The notes under the pieces: model-generated
Database searches by the model: none
Told to the model about the DNA's origin: nothing
Seen by the model: the letters and a program-made list of their open reading frames with translations, nothing else
Shown here: piece by piece, positions 38,078-48,419 of the stretch
How positions within the stretch are numbered: position 1 is the first letter of the stretch
How the letters are laid out: each line of letters starts with the position of its first letter
Assembly: GCA_034521515.1 (NCBI GenBank)
Contig: JAXHMH010000002.1
Coordinates: 152,379 to 216,378, forward strand
Source: Candidatus Saccharimonadota bacterium
GTDB lineage: Bacteria; Patescibacteriota; Saccharimonadia; Saccharimonadales; JAXHMH01
DNA length: 64,000 nt
Direction of reading: 5' to 3'
Position numbers and translations under genes: made by a program

Positions 38078-39835
38078 TTATAACGTCCGGGCAACCGCTT
38101 CACGCGTGAACAACTCTACTCTGTCGCCTTCTTGTAAATCTATTTTTGACTTGGTTGCTAAACTCATGCCGCACATTTCACCCTCAATAATCTCTTTGGC
38201 ATCCTGAGGGCCACGCTTAAGATTAGTCACCTCTACTTCTGTCAACTCTTCACCGTCACGTATAATTCGAGCAAGAGCTGGAACGGTTAGCTTCCCTTTA
38301 GTTACCTCACCGCCACAGATAATTTCCGTTTTTGTTGTTTTAAATACACCTTTTATGAGAAGTCTGCCTAGGTCGGTTTCGACAATTTTTGGTGCAAGTA
38401 GCTTTGTGAGCTCTTCTTTTACATCATCTATCAATTCATAAATTATACTGTACAAACGAATCGGCAACTTGTCCCTGTTAGCCAACCGTTTAACATCCGG
38501 AGGTACTGCCACATTAAAACCATAAATAATAGCACCACTCGTCTGAGCAACATGGACATCATTCTTATTGACAGCACCGACACCGGAACTGACAATCCGC
38601 ACCGCCACTTCACTAGTATCAAGCGCCCTTAGGCTGTCTAGTACCGATGTTAAAGAGCCCTGAACATCAGCCTTAACAATAACATTTAGCTCAGTGAGCT
38701 CATTGGCCCGGTTAATCATACGAATCATCTCTGAACTATTGATATCTAGCAGACCGCCAGATGATTGTCGTTTTGCACCCTCATTGGCTGCAGCTTGCCT
38801 TGCTGTTTTTTCATCTTTTTTAGCTTCAAATTCGTCGCCAAACTCTGGCAACGACTTAAAGCCGGTAATTATAACTGGAGTTGAAGGAGTTGCCTCTTTG
38901 ATTGGCTTGCCAGTGGTGGTCTCTAGATTACGCACGCGCGCATAAGCTGATCCGGCAGTGACGTAGTCCCCGGGATGTAAAACACCGGCCTCCACCAACG
39001 CTATAGCTACCGGTCCGCGACCCTGCTCCATATGAGATTCGATGACCAGACCGCGCGCTGGAACATCAACATCAGCACGCAAATCCTCGACATCTGCCAC
39101 AAGTAGCACCATATCAAGTAACTTATCAATGCCGGTCTTCTGCAAAGCACTCACTTCAACGGTTATGGTTTCGCCGCCCCACTCCTCAACCAGAAGGTCA
39201 TGTTCAGACAATTGTTGCTTAATCCGATTAGCATCAGCTTCCGGCTTATCAATCTTATTTATGGCAACAACAATCTTTACACCGGCTTTGCGGGCATAGC
39301 GAATTGCCTCGATTGTCTGTGGCTTAATACCATCATCTGCTGCCACGACCAATATAACTACGTCGGTTAGCTGTGCTCCATGCTCCCTGAGCGCTGCAAA
39401 AGCTTCATGACCCGGTGTATCCAAAAACGTGATGTCGCGATCGCTGTGCCGTATCTGATAGGCAGAAATATGCTGAGTGATACCACCGGCTTCACCCTTA
39501 ACTTCATCGCTCTCACGGATAGCGTCCAGTAAGCTAGTTTTGCCGTGATCAACATGACCCATAACAGCCACAACCGGTGGCCGTCCAGTAGCTTTATCGC
39601 TCATTTTTTGCTTGGTTCGGCCTTGTGACTCCTCTGCTACCTTATGTGTTAACTCCACATCAAGGTCAAGTTCACCGACGATAATCTGCGCGGTATCAAA
39701 ATCAATGCGCTCATTAAGAGTCGCCATGATACCGTTTTTCATTAGCTCAGTAATCAGCTGCGTTACCGGTATCTTTAGCCGTTCAGCCAGCGAGCCGACG
39801 GTAATCATGTCTTCGACTTCAATTTTTGTTGCCAT
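38078..39835 (-). CDS. infB: Translation initiation factor IF-2 (short N-terminus)
   Basis: VMGHVDHGKTSLLDAIR, DTPGHEAF and NKID motifs. Confidence 0.95.
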   Translation of the reverse strand: MATKIEVEDMITVGSLAERLKIPVTQLITELMKNGIMATLNERIDFDTAQIIVGELDLDVELTHKVAEESQGRTKQKMSDKATGRPPVVAVMGHVDHGKTSLLDAIRESDEVKGEAGGITQHISAYQIRHSDRDITFLDTPGHEAFAALREHGAQLTDVVILVVAADDGIKPQTIEAIRYARKAGVKIVVAINKIDKPEADANRIKQQLSEHDLLVEEWGGETITVEVSALQKTGIDKLLDMVLLVADVEDLRADVDVPARGLVIESHMEQGRGPVAIALVEAGVLHPGDYVTAGSAYARVRNLETTTGKPIKEATPSTPVIITGFKSLPEFGDEFEAKKDEKTARQAAANEGAKRQSSGGLLDINSSEMIRMINRANELTELNVIVKADVQGSLTSVLDSLRALDTSEVAVRIVSSGVGAVNKNDVHVAQTSGAIIYGFNVAVPPDVKRLANRDKLPIRLYSIIYELIDDVKEELTKLLAPKIVETDLGRLLIKGVFKTTKTEIICGGEVTKGKLTVPALARIIRDGEELTEVEVTNLKRGPQDAKEIIEGEMCGMSLATKSKIDLQEGDRVELFTREAVARTL

Positions 39836-39886
39836 GCCCGTCTCTCCTTTCTGACTATTACACCGCTACATGTTATTTATTCTGCC

Positions 39887-40951
39887 TTATTTTGTGTCCT
39901 TGAGACTCAAGGCTATTTTGCGAGCCTCGGTATCAATATCCAGCACCTTGAATTTCTTCTTTTCATTGAGCTGGAATATTTTTTCCGGATCAACGCCGTC
40001 GTCATCGCTCATTTCTGAGACATGTACCAACGCTTCTACTGATGGGCTTAGCTGCACAAACGCACCAAATGGTGTTATGCGCGTAACTTTACCTTCTACC
40101 GTCTCACCCTTTTTGAAGGCTTTCACTTCATTAAGCCATGGATCCTCTTGCATCTGCTTAAGACTCAAACTTAGGCGATCTTTATCAATAGAGATAATCT
40201 TGGCTTCTACCGTATCACCTACCTTAAGGTAATCCCTTGGGTCTTCTACTCGTTCCCAGGATATTTCTGAGATGTGAATTAGCCCTTCAATGCCATCGAC
40301 GTTCACAAATGCTCCGAAGTCAATCACGCCAGTTATAACGCCTTCTACTTTGTCGCCGACTTTCAGTTTAGCAAAGCGGTCTTGCATATCGTCCTTGATT
40401 GCCTCTTTTTCAGAAAATATAAGCTTGTTGTCCTTACGGCTTATGTCAAGTATACGTACCCTGATTGGTTTATTGACCAATTGGTTGAGCTTCTGGAGTA
40501 TCTCATCTTTATCTGCTCCTGATACGCGCGGATAATGACCGGCAGCCAGTTGTGACACCGGCAAGAACCCTCGTAAGCCTTCAAGCTCCACAAGCAATCC
40601 GCCTCGGTTAGCATCATAAGCTGTCACCTCAATAATCTCCTGATTATCGAACACCTTCTGCAGCTCATCCCAACCGCGATCCTTTGCAGCTCGGCGCATG
40701 CTTAGTAACGCAAAACCTTCTTCCATTTCTGGGTCGATCACACTGGTAGTAACCGTCTGACCTTCCTCTAGTTGTTGACCGTGGCTTATTTCGCGTCGCA
40801 GAATAACTCCGACGCCATTGGGCCCCAAATCAACCCATACCTCGTGCTTGCGCACTGAGGTCACCTTTCCTTCTACGACATCTCCAGTTTTTAGCTGGGG
40901 AATATCCATGGACGCTAGCAACTCGTCCATTGTAATGCTAGATTTTGACAT
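39887..40951 (-). CDS. rpsA: 30S ribosomal protein S1 (four S1 domains)
   Basis: Repeated S1 motifs (G.VV.GKV..V....V.VDLG, G.I.G.ITGVIDFGAFV). The start is moved to ATG 40951 (MSKSSITMDE..), about 10 nt after AAAGGAGG. The ORF-track start 41050 adds 33 implausible residues. Confidence 0.88.
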   Translation of the reverse strand: MSKSSITMDELLASMDIPQLKTGDVVEGKVTSVRKHEVWVDLGPNGVGVILRREISHGQQLEEGQTVTTSVIDPEMEEGFALLSMRRAAKDRGWDELQKVFDNQEIIEVTAYDANRGGLLVELEGLRGFLPVSQLAAGHYPRVSGADKDEILQKLNQLVNKPIRVRILDISRKDNKLIFSEKEAIKDDMQDRFAKLKVGDKVEGVITGVIDFGAFVNVDGIEGLIHISEISWERVEDPRDYLKVGDTVEAKIISIDKDRLSLSLKQMQEDPWLNEVKAFKKGETVEGKVTRITPFGAFVQLSPSVEALVHVSEMSDDDGVDPEKIFQLNEKKKFKVLDIDTEARKIALSLKDTK

Positions 40952-41124
40952 GTATCCCATGCCTCCTTTATAAGTATTTCCACCAAGCACGACGCAACAT
41001 CGTGCTTGAAAGATTGATACCAGTATATCTGTTCCACCCCTAGAAGTCAAAGCTTTGTACGTAAAATGGACTTTACCCTACTTGAGCTTTGCAGATTAAG
41101 ACTAAAACCTTATACTTCACGTAT

Positions 41125-41949
41125 ATGTATCTAGCGATTGATATTGGAGGGACAAAGACACTTCTGGCGGTATTTTCCGCTGATGGCAAGGTGGTTGAAT
41201 CTTTAAAGTTCCCCACCCCACCCGCCTATCAAGACTTCTTAACAGAGCTTGAGGTAACATTCAATAAACTAAAGAAACGTACATACAAAGGCGCGGCGAT
41301 GGCGATTCCTGGACGGATAAACCGCCAAACCGGAGTCGCTGAGGCGTTTGGCAACTTAGCCTGGAAGGACGTACCCCTAAAACACGATATCGAAGGTATT
41401 ATTGGCTGCAAACTTATAATTGAAAACGACGCCAAAGTGGCCGGGTTGTCGGAAGCACGGCTACTGCCGGATTTTAAGCGAGTTTTATACATAACCATCA
41501 GCACCGGGATTGGTGGCGCGCTCATAACTAAAGGTAAGATTGACCAAGGACTTAAAGATGCTGAAATCGGGCAAATTATTATGGAGCACGATGGCGAACT
41601 GATGCGCTGGGAAGAATTCGCCTCTGGCAAAGCTATTGTGGCAAAGTTTGGCAAGCGAGCCAGCGACATTGCAGCCGATGATAATTCCACCTGGTATATT
41701 GTAGCCCGCAATATTGCAATCGGCCTGATTGACGTGATTGCCATGCTCACTCCTGACGCGATTGTAATTGGCGGCGGTGTTGGCAGCCATCTACCAAAGT
41801 TCCAGAACCGCCTTGAAGCAGAGCTTAGAGTTTATGAAAACGATCTTTTGCACGTACCACCGATATTTCAAGCCAAACACCCCGAAGAAGCGGTTGTTTA
41901 TGGCTGTTATGAGCTCGTTAAGGACGCTAATTATGAAACAGTTAGTTGA
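41125..41949 (+). CDS. ROK-family sugar kinase (glucokinase-like)
   Basis: MYLAIDIGGTKTLLAVF.. and ..ENDAKVAGLSE.. motifs. Start chosen at the Met preceding the DIGGT motif. Confidence 0.75.
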   Translation: MYLAIDIGGTKTLLAVFSADGKVVESLKFPTPPAYQDFLTELEVTFNKLKKRTYKGAAMAIPGRINRQTGVAEAFGNLAWKDVPLKHDIEGIIGCKLIIENDAKVAGLSEARLLPDFKRVLYITISTGIGGALITKGKIDQGLKDAEIGQIIMEHDGELMRWEEFASGKAIVAKFGKRASDIAADDNSTWYIVARNIAIGLIDVIAMLTPDAIVIGGGVGSHLPKFQNRLEAELRVYENDLLHVPPIFQAKHPEEAVVYGCYELVKDANYETVS

Positions 41950-42436
41950 GTCGCTGCGCAAAGACTTTCCTCATTTAAGCTTTCGGCAAGCTTCAACTTC
42001 TTGTTGGTCCCCAGCAAAGAAAGAAGTTAGCTACACCATTAAAGGTGACCAGACTATAGGTGCCTGGGGATTGTTACATGAGCTCGGTCACGCGTTACTG
42101 GAGCACGACACCTACCGATCAGATGTAGAGCTAGTCCTCAAAGAAGTAGACGCCTGGGATAAAGCCTTAGAAATTGCGCCAATCTATAATCAGCAAATCG
42201 ATGACGAACACGTACAAGACTGCCTTGACACATATCGTGATTGGCTAAATCAACGCAGCACCTGCCCGGAGTGTGGTATGAACGGTTTGCAGCATACACC
42301 CAGGCTTTACAGGTGCATTAACTGTGTAGCTTCATGGGAAGTGTCGCCTTCACGTTTTTGCCGACCCTACAGGCAAAAGAAAAGGGTTAAAAATAAAACA
42401 TCGCTTGCAGCTAAACCACAAGTGATGTTTCAGTAG
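41933..42436 (+). CDS. Small HExxH protein with a C-terminal zinc ribbon (putative metallopeptidase-like)
   Basis: The in-frame ATG at 41933 gives MKQLVESLRK.. with LHELGHALLEH and CPECG..CINC. It overlaps the ROK gene stop by 17 nt. The upstream part of ORF 41768-42436 overlaps the ROK gene and is discounted. Confidence 0.6.
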   Translation: MKQLVESLRKDFPHLSFRQASTSCWSPAKKEVSYTIKGDQTIGAWGLLHELGHALLEHDTYRSDVELVLKEVDAWDKALEIAPIYNQQIDDEHVQDCLDTYRDWLNQRSTCPECGMNGLQHTPRLYRCINCVASWEVSPSRFCRPYRQKKRVKNKTSLAAKPQVMFQ

Positions 42437-42611
42437 ATAACTAGCAGACCCCAGGTACTCAAACTTCATCGCACTTACCGGCTTAAAGGTAGGAGTAATT
42501 TTGCTAGGATTTACTGTAGTGGCGGGGCGGGTGCGAGAAGCGACCGGAAGCGTACTTTTCGTTGTACGCTGAGGACGTATCACAGCAAGCCAACTCGGCA
42601 ATACAGTGAAT

Positions 42612-42655
42612 AGAAAAAGAAAAACCACTTGGTTTACCCAAGTGGTTCTCTTTTG
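42612..42655. terminator. Bidirectional intrinsic terminator (stronger on the minus strand, after the KGG gene)
   Basis: AACCACTTGG-tttac-CCAAGTGGTT (42623-42647), flanked by AAAAAGAAAAA on one side and CTCTTTT on the other. Confidence 0.8.
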
Positions 42656-42667
42656 CGCCTAGTAAAA

Positions 42668-42865
42668 TTAGGCGGCTTTTTTGGTTCGGCGGCTTATACG
42701 ACCACCCTTTGCGCCAGCCAATCGGGCTAGATCACGGTCGGCATAAAAGCCACCAGTTTTGCCTTTTTTACCGCCTGCGGCACCGATTTTTGCATAAAAA
42801 TCTGCACCGTATTTAGTCTTGTTAGTTGTTGCGGCTGCTTGACCACCTGCTTTAGTTCCTGCCAT
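42668..42865 (-). CDS. Small KGG-repeat/YciG-like stress-induced protein (65 aa)
   Basis: MAGTKAGGQAAATTNKTKYGADFYAKIGAAGGKKGKTGGFYADRDLARLAGAKGGRISRR.. preceded by AAGGAG 7 nt upstream. The longer ORF-track version (to 43090) lacks an RBS and has an implausible N-terminus. Confidence 0.7.
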   Translation of the reverse strand: MAGTKAGGQAAATTNKTKYGADFYAKIGAAGGKKGKTGGFYADRDLARLAGAKGGRISRRTKKAA

Positions 42866-43132
42866 TTTTTGCTCCTTCTCGTGCGCGCTTATGTGGACGG
42901 CACATCTTGGGCGTAAACTTCCGGTTCGTGGCGCCACCGTACCAAAAAGTACGCTTCTGCTCCGATCCTCAGTCTCCATCCCAAGCTGCCCTCGCCCACA
43001 AAACCGCTTCACAGTGGTTAATGGTTGATTTATAATTGTCTCCCTCACTTGTGAGGCTCCCGAGAGAAATAAAAAGAGTCCGCCCGCCAAACATATGGTG
43101 GATGAACCCTCTTATCCCTATCGAATGCGCTT

Positions 43133-43161
43133 ATACTAACACTTCATTGCGGTAATGTCAA
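43133..43161 (-). promoter_or_regulatory. Sigma-70-like promoter (TTGACA, 17 nt, TAGTAT) giving a ~260-nt leader for the KGG gene
   Basis: The minus strand reads ttataaTTGACAttaccgcaatgaagtgtTAGTATaagcg. The -35 is rc of 43156-43161 and the -10 is rc of 43133-43138. Confidence 0.55.
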
Positions 43162-43188
43162 TTATAAAATGTGCTATAGAGTACCCTC

Positions 43189-43222
43189 GACTAAACGCGC
43201 CAGTCGAGTGGCGCGTTTAGTC
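43189..43222. repeat. REP-like palindrome type 1, copy 1 (GACTAAACGCGCCA-gtcgag-TGGCGCGTTTAGTC)
   Basis: 14-bp perfect stem. The core TAAACGCGCCAGTCGAGTGGCGCGTTTA recurs at 54775-54802 with one base difference. Confidence 0.85.
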
Positions 43223-43277
43223 AGATATGTCCTTTTTTACTACACAGAGGGATATAGCCTTATCCCGATTATTTCTT

Positions 43278-43977
43278 GCAAAGGTCTGACCTTTGCGAGT
43301 GTTATGTGTCCGCTAGTAAAACTTTTATGCTTTCTAGTTGATGTTTGTGGTCTTCGTAATCCTCAATAAAGTTTTCGTAACTTTCAGTGCCGTCAAAAAG
43401 TTCTAAGATACGTCCTGGCTTCACCCAATCACTACGCCATCCGTTAATGTAATATGGTAAACTCGAGAATTCCCAACTTTTATATGATTCAGGATTAAGG
43501 TGTATGTATCGCGAGATGTGTAAAAGGTATGCATCTTCAAGAATATGAGAAGCCTTATAAACACCTTGGAGCAAATGCCCTACTCTAACGTGCCGCTTAT
43601 TGAAGTATGTTGTATATGAGCTCGTCACTTTTTGCATCATTTTAGCTATAGCTTTTGGATCGGAGTTTAGGTAAAACAACAGGTGGAAATGATTTGGCAT
43701 CAAGCAAAACGCTAACAGCTCAACCCTTTCAGCGTAGCTTTCGTATATATTTCCGCGATCGTCTTTGTGCTCTTCTGGGCTAAGATAACGCTTTAGCAAA
43801 TTCAGAAATACTGCGTAATCTTGATCGTCTATAAAAATATTCCGCTTCTCTACGCCACGGTTGTAAACATGATAAAAAGACTGTTCTACGTACTGCTTTA
43901 CAGCATTCTTCGATGGCATACGTGTAATATACTTGATTCCTACCCCTCTTGCAAAGGTCAGACCTTTGCAAGAGGGG
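43278..43977 (-). mobile_element. RAYT/IS200-like unit: Y1 transposase gene flanked by inverted copies of a type 2 palindrome
   Basis: GCAAAGGTC-t-GACCTTTGC at 43278-43296 lies 6 nt past the stop. CCCCTCTTGCAAAGGTC-a-GACCTTTGCAAGAGGGG at 43943-43977 lies 24 nt upstream of the start. The central t/a difference shows the two copies are mutually inverted. Confidence 0.75.
43302..43919 (-). CDS. REP-associated tyrosine transposase (RAYT) / IS200-like HUH Y1 transposase, 205 aa
   Basis: YHVYNRGVEKRNIFIDDQDYAVFLNLL.., HUH motif in LMPNHFHLLF, and catalytic Tyr context ISRYIHLNP. Confidence 0.85.
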   Translation of the reverse strand: MPSKNAVKQYVEQSFYHVYNRGVEKRNIFIDDQDYAVFLNLLKRYLSPEEHKDDRGNIYESYAERVELLAFCLMPNHFHLLFYLNSDPKAIAKMMQKVTSSYTTYFNKRHVRVGHLLQGVYKASHILEDAYLLHISRYIHLNPESYKSWEFSSLPYYINGWRSDWVKPGRILELFDGTESYENFIEDYEDHKHQLESIKVLLADT

Positions 43978-45864
43978 TAAGGGTTGCTCGGTAGTAGGTT
44001 TTGTTTGCTTTTACTGCTGTTAACAACAGTGTGAGGGGTTAGTTGGTGGTGGTTATGGTGATGTAGTCAAAACGGTAGGTTTTGTTAGGTTCAAGAGGGG
44101 TGTTGGAACCGACTTTAAAGCCGTCGGCTGTGCGTTCTATGTACAGATCTAGCCCGGTACTACCGGCACCTACCGGCATAAGATTGACCCGTGGTATGGC
44201 GTCATCTACCGATTCTGCAAAGAGTACTTTTGCAAGTATTCCCTTCTCTATCTCAACGCCCTCGTTAGTCGTAAAGGTAATTGTTCCGGCCATGTCAGTA
44301 CCCTCTAGATCGACAGAGCCCTTATCGCCCTGCAGTACCCCACCAAGCTCTATAGCTGGTGTCTCGGTTGTGTGGCTGAGTATACGTCCGCCAACGGTTA
44401 GGTTGCTGGTAACGGTGGCGGTTTTAACGGTAAGATTGTTCTCTACCGTTAGGTTGCCTTGGACGGTGGCGTTGCCAGTGACGGTTAGATTAGAGATGAC
44501 GGCTGGGCCAGATACGTTGAGCATCGGCACGCTCAGGGCGTTGCCTTGTAGGTCGCTTACGTCGGTGTCTTGTATGCCTGGTAGGTAGGTTTCTGGTTGC
44601 ATGAACAGTTCAATGGTGCCAATCTCGGTTGGGTCAGTGTTGGTGTAATCTTCCAGAGCATAACCGATGATACGGGTGGCGCTGGTGGCTTTGCGGCCAA
44701 CACCAGGGTGCTCTAGGCTAATGGTTATAGGATCGCCTGCCTTGATGTTGCCGTTCTCGGTGGTGACTTTAACTGGCACACGACCAGCCAGTGCCACCTC
44801 TACTGAATGAGGCGCGTCAGCAAGATCCGGGTTATCTTTCCAGCCCAGGACAAATCCAGGGTCTGTAGAGACAACTCCCATAAGTGGTGCACTGCCGTCA
44901 GCAACCGTTGTATAACGGCTATGGTTAGTATCTGCTGATACGATAGTACCTGGCTCAATCATTTCTGTGGCGCCGTAGAGTTCTGCAATATCAAAGGCGT
45001 TGGCGGTAATTGAACCGTCTGCACGGATTGTACCAGCCGCAGTACTGCAGTCGTCCGCACTGTCGTCACTGACACAGAGCCCGCCCTGCACTTCTAGCGT
45101 GGTGTCGGCACTGGCAGTACCAATACCGACGTAGCCGGTTAAATTATTCACATGCAGTAGTGAGCTCATATTTAGCTCGTGTATTTCTATCTCATCTAAG
45201 GCCATGTCACCTGTAAAGCTAGAGCCTCGGATACCTACAAAGCGGATATCAACAACACCAGAGAGTTCGGATAGGTCTACTGTCTCCTCAAACCACTCAT
45301 CGCCCTGGTCACCACTCATTGACCACTGTTCTTCCCACAGACCGCCGTCTTCCGAGGTTTCTAGACGGAGTTCACCCATACTCGCCCCGTACATATGATA
45401 GTAGAAGCTAATATCAAAGCCGTCAGGATACAAGCTGGTATCAATATTACTGGCGTAGTCAAGAATGGCTTGATCGTCTTGTGCAACTGGATCTGAAGTT
45501 TCGTAGTAAACATACCAGCTCGTGCCGTCCGCGCCACTCGACGGGCCGGTACCAGAGCTTGTTGTGGTGCCACTATTACGTGTCCAGTCCTGGTCATCAC
45601 CGGCAGCGTTCACCCAATCATCAAAACTGGCCTCAAAAGTAGAGTTGCTAATAGTGCTTGCGACAAGCCGGTCAGCTACGTTTAATCCGCCTAACACATC
45701 AAGCTTAGACTGCGGGTTAGCCACACCGATGCCGACGTTGCCGCTATTTGGTTGTAGTAGCAGGTTTTGACCGGACTGGATCTTTGGAACTTCTAGCATG
45801 CCTTGGATGGAAGCGTTAGTAACAACATTCGCAGTCGAGTCAGGTCTGTCTGGTTGTCGAGGAA

Positions 45865-47830
45865 TTTCATGTCGATGGCGGTGAGAGTCGGCGTCGTCAC
45901 TTGCCACGTAAGCATAGGTACCGTCGATGTGGACGCTGCGGGCGCCGTTCAGGTTGGTGGAGGTGTGGCTGCCCAGTTCGGTCAGATTGGCGGGGTCGGA
46001 GATGTCGATGGCGGTCAGGGAGCCGGCATTTCCACTGGCCACGTAGGCGTATGAGCCGTCGATGTGGACGCTGCGGGCGCCGTTCAGGTTGGCGGAGGTG
46101 TGGCTGTCCAGTTCCACCAGGTTATTCGGGTCGGAGATGTCGATGACGGTCAGGGAGTCGGCATACCAGCTGGCCACGTAGGCGTATGAGCCGTCGATGT
46201 GGACGCTGTAGGCGCCGTTCAGGTTGGCGGAGAGTGCGGCCGTCCAGCTCGACCAGGTTGATTCGGGTCGGAGACGCTCGATGACGGCCAGGGAGTCGGC
46301 ATAACAGCTTGCCACGTAGGCGTACGAGGCGGTCGACGTGGACGCTGCGGGCGCCGTCCAGGTTGGCGGAGGTGTGGCTGTCCAGTTCTACCAGGTTATT
46401 CGGGTCGGAGATGTCGATGGCGGTCAGGGAGTCGGCATCCCTGCTGGTCACGTAGGGCGTATGAGCCGTCGATGTGGACGCTGCGGGCGCCGTTCAGGTT
46501 GGCGGAGGTGTGGCTGTCCAGTTCCACCAGGTTACTCGGGTCGGAGATGTCGATGGCGGTCAGGGAGCCGGCAGAATAGCTTGCCACGTAGGCGTATGAG
46601 CCGTCGATGTGGACGCTGTTGGCACCGCCCAGGTTGGCGGAGGTGTGGCTGTCCAGTTCCACCAGGTTACTCGGGTCGGAGATGTCGATGGCGGTCAGGG
46701 AGGCGGCGTATTCGCTGGCCACGTAGGCGTACTGAGCCGTCGATGTGGACGCTGTTGGCGCGGTTCAGGTTGGCGGTGCTGAGGGAGTTTAGTTGTGCGA
46801 ATGAGTTCTGGCGGATCGAGCCGTTGACGTTCAATCGGTTCTGAAACGGTCACTTGACCCCGGGTATGTTTACTGGTGACTCGCGTGATGTCGATGGCGG
46901 TCAGGGAGTCGGCAGTTTCACTGGCCACGTAGGCGTATGAGCCGTCGATGTGGACGCTTTGGGCGTCTTCCAGGTTGGCGGAGGTGTGGCTGCCGAGTTC
47001 GGTCAGGTTACTCGGGTCGGAGATGTCGATGGCGGTCAGGGAGTCGGCGTATTCGCTGGCGACGTAGGCGGTGGTGCCGTCGATGGGACGCTGCGAGCAT
47101 AGTACAGGTTGGCGGAGGTGTGGCTGTCTAGTTCGACCAGGTTATTCGGGTCGGAGATGTCGATGACGGTCAGGGAGTCGGCATTCCTGCTGGCGACGTA
47201 GGCGTATGAGCCGTCGATATAGACGCTGTTAGCACCGTTCAGGTTGGTGGTGCTGATGCTATCCAGCTCTACCAGGTTGGACGGGTCGGAGATGTCGATG
47301 GCGGTCAGGGAGTCGGCATAAAAGCTTACCACGTAGGCGTATGAGCCGTCGATATAGACGCTGTTGGCGCCTTCCAGGTTGGCGGAAGTGTAGCTGTCCA
47401 GCTCTACCAGGTTGGACGGGTCGGAGATGTCGATGGTGGTCAGGGAGTCGGCGTATTCGCTGGCGACGTAGGCGGTGGTGCCGTCGATGTGGACGCTGTT
47501 GGCGCGGTTCAGGTTGGCGGAGGTGTGGCTGTCTGAGCTCGACCAGGTTGGATTCGGGTCGGAGATGTCGATGGCGGTCAGGGAGTCGGCATCCCTGCTC
47601 GCGACGTAGGCGGTATGAGCCGCTCGACTGTGGACGTCGGAGGCGGCGTCCAGGTTGGCGGAGGTGTGGCTGTCTAGCTCGACCAGGTTATTCGGGTCGG
47701 AGATGTCGATGGCGGTCAGGGAGTCGGCATCCCTGCTCGCCACGTAGGCGTATGAGCCGTCGATGTGGACGTCGGAGGCGGCGTCCAGGTTGGCGGAGGT
47801 GTGGCTGTCTAGTTCGGTCATATCGTACCC
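45865..47830 (-). repeat. About 14 tandem 135-bp (45-aa) LVIVD-type beta-propeller repeats (DSLTAIDISDPNNLVELDSHTSANLNGARSVHIDGSYAYVAS..A), several with frameshifts
   Basis: Head-to-tail units read on the plus strand (..cacgtaggcgtatgagccgtcgatgtggacgctg..ggtcggagatgtcgatggcggtcaggg..). Examples of lesions are cacgtagggcg (extra g near 46450) and gtcgatgggacgctg (1-nt loss near 47085). The array is visibly more G+C-rich than the neighbouring core genes (not computed). Confidence 0.8.
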
Positions 47831-48419
47831 CGAACCCTGTGTGTCCACACGGAGAATGTCTGTACTAGTGCTGTTTTGTACGCGCAGGGCGTTGGCGTTA
47901 GGGGTACTAGATTTGAATAACACATCACCGTCAACATCAAGGCTCGCTTGTGGGCTAGAGGTGTTAACCCCAACGCGATTATTCTGCGTATCAGCCGTGA
48001 ATAGATTATCCCCGGCGGCGTTTTGAATTTGGAAGGCGGTGGCGCTGTCTGTTTTCGCTCTGGAACAATACATCGCCTGCTACATGCAGTTTAGCCTGTG
48101 GGTTATCTGTGCCGATTCCCATGTCGCCAGTAAGAGTCATATTGCCAATGAATTCGCTGTCTCCGGCAACCTTTAGTGCGTTCCCTGGTGCGACTTGGCT
48201 GACCATAGCATGGTTACGGTTGTCGCCAAAGTCGCTATCAGAGATTGCTACAAATCTTCCATTTCCATATACAACACCCAGCCACGTACTGGCATCTGCT
48301 GTCACCGTCTCCCACGTAATACCATCAACAGATGTCGCAACATGGGCAGGGGTGCCACCAATTGCATCACCGCTAGCTATCGCAACGAAAGTATTATTCC
48401 CATGGGTTATGGTTAACCA

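Noticed and set aside
42440-42610. Gene-free stretch tested by eye for SRP RNA (CCGGAAG), tmRNA, RNase P or 6S signatures
   Set aside because: The GGAA-containing segment lacks the conserved domain IV context (..GGAAGCAGC..). No GGAAAGTCCGG or tmRNA termini are present. It is kept only as an unclassified candidate in the findings.
42866-43090. N-terminal 75-codon extension of the KGG protein ORF (42668-43090)
   Set aside because: The extension has no RBS and encodes implausible sequence. An AAGGAG plus ATG at 42865 gives a compact protein of the expected KGG type, and a good promoter lies further upstream.
46338-47868. Plus-strand ORFs with striking Arg/Cys/Trp/Gly-rich repeats (46338-46844, 46937-47131, 47341-47868; e.g. 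RRCRWRSGSR..)
   Set aside because: They are the antisense reading of the 135-bp LVIVD coding repeats on the minus strand. Their periodicity simply mirrors that array, and they lack starts with RBS or any independent support.
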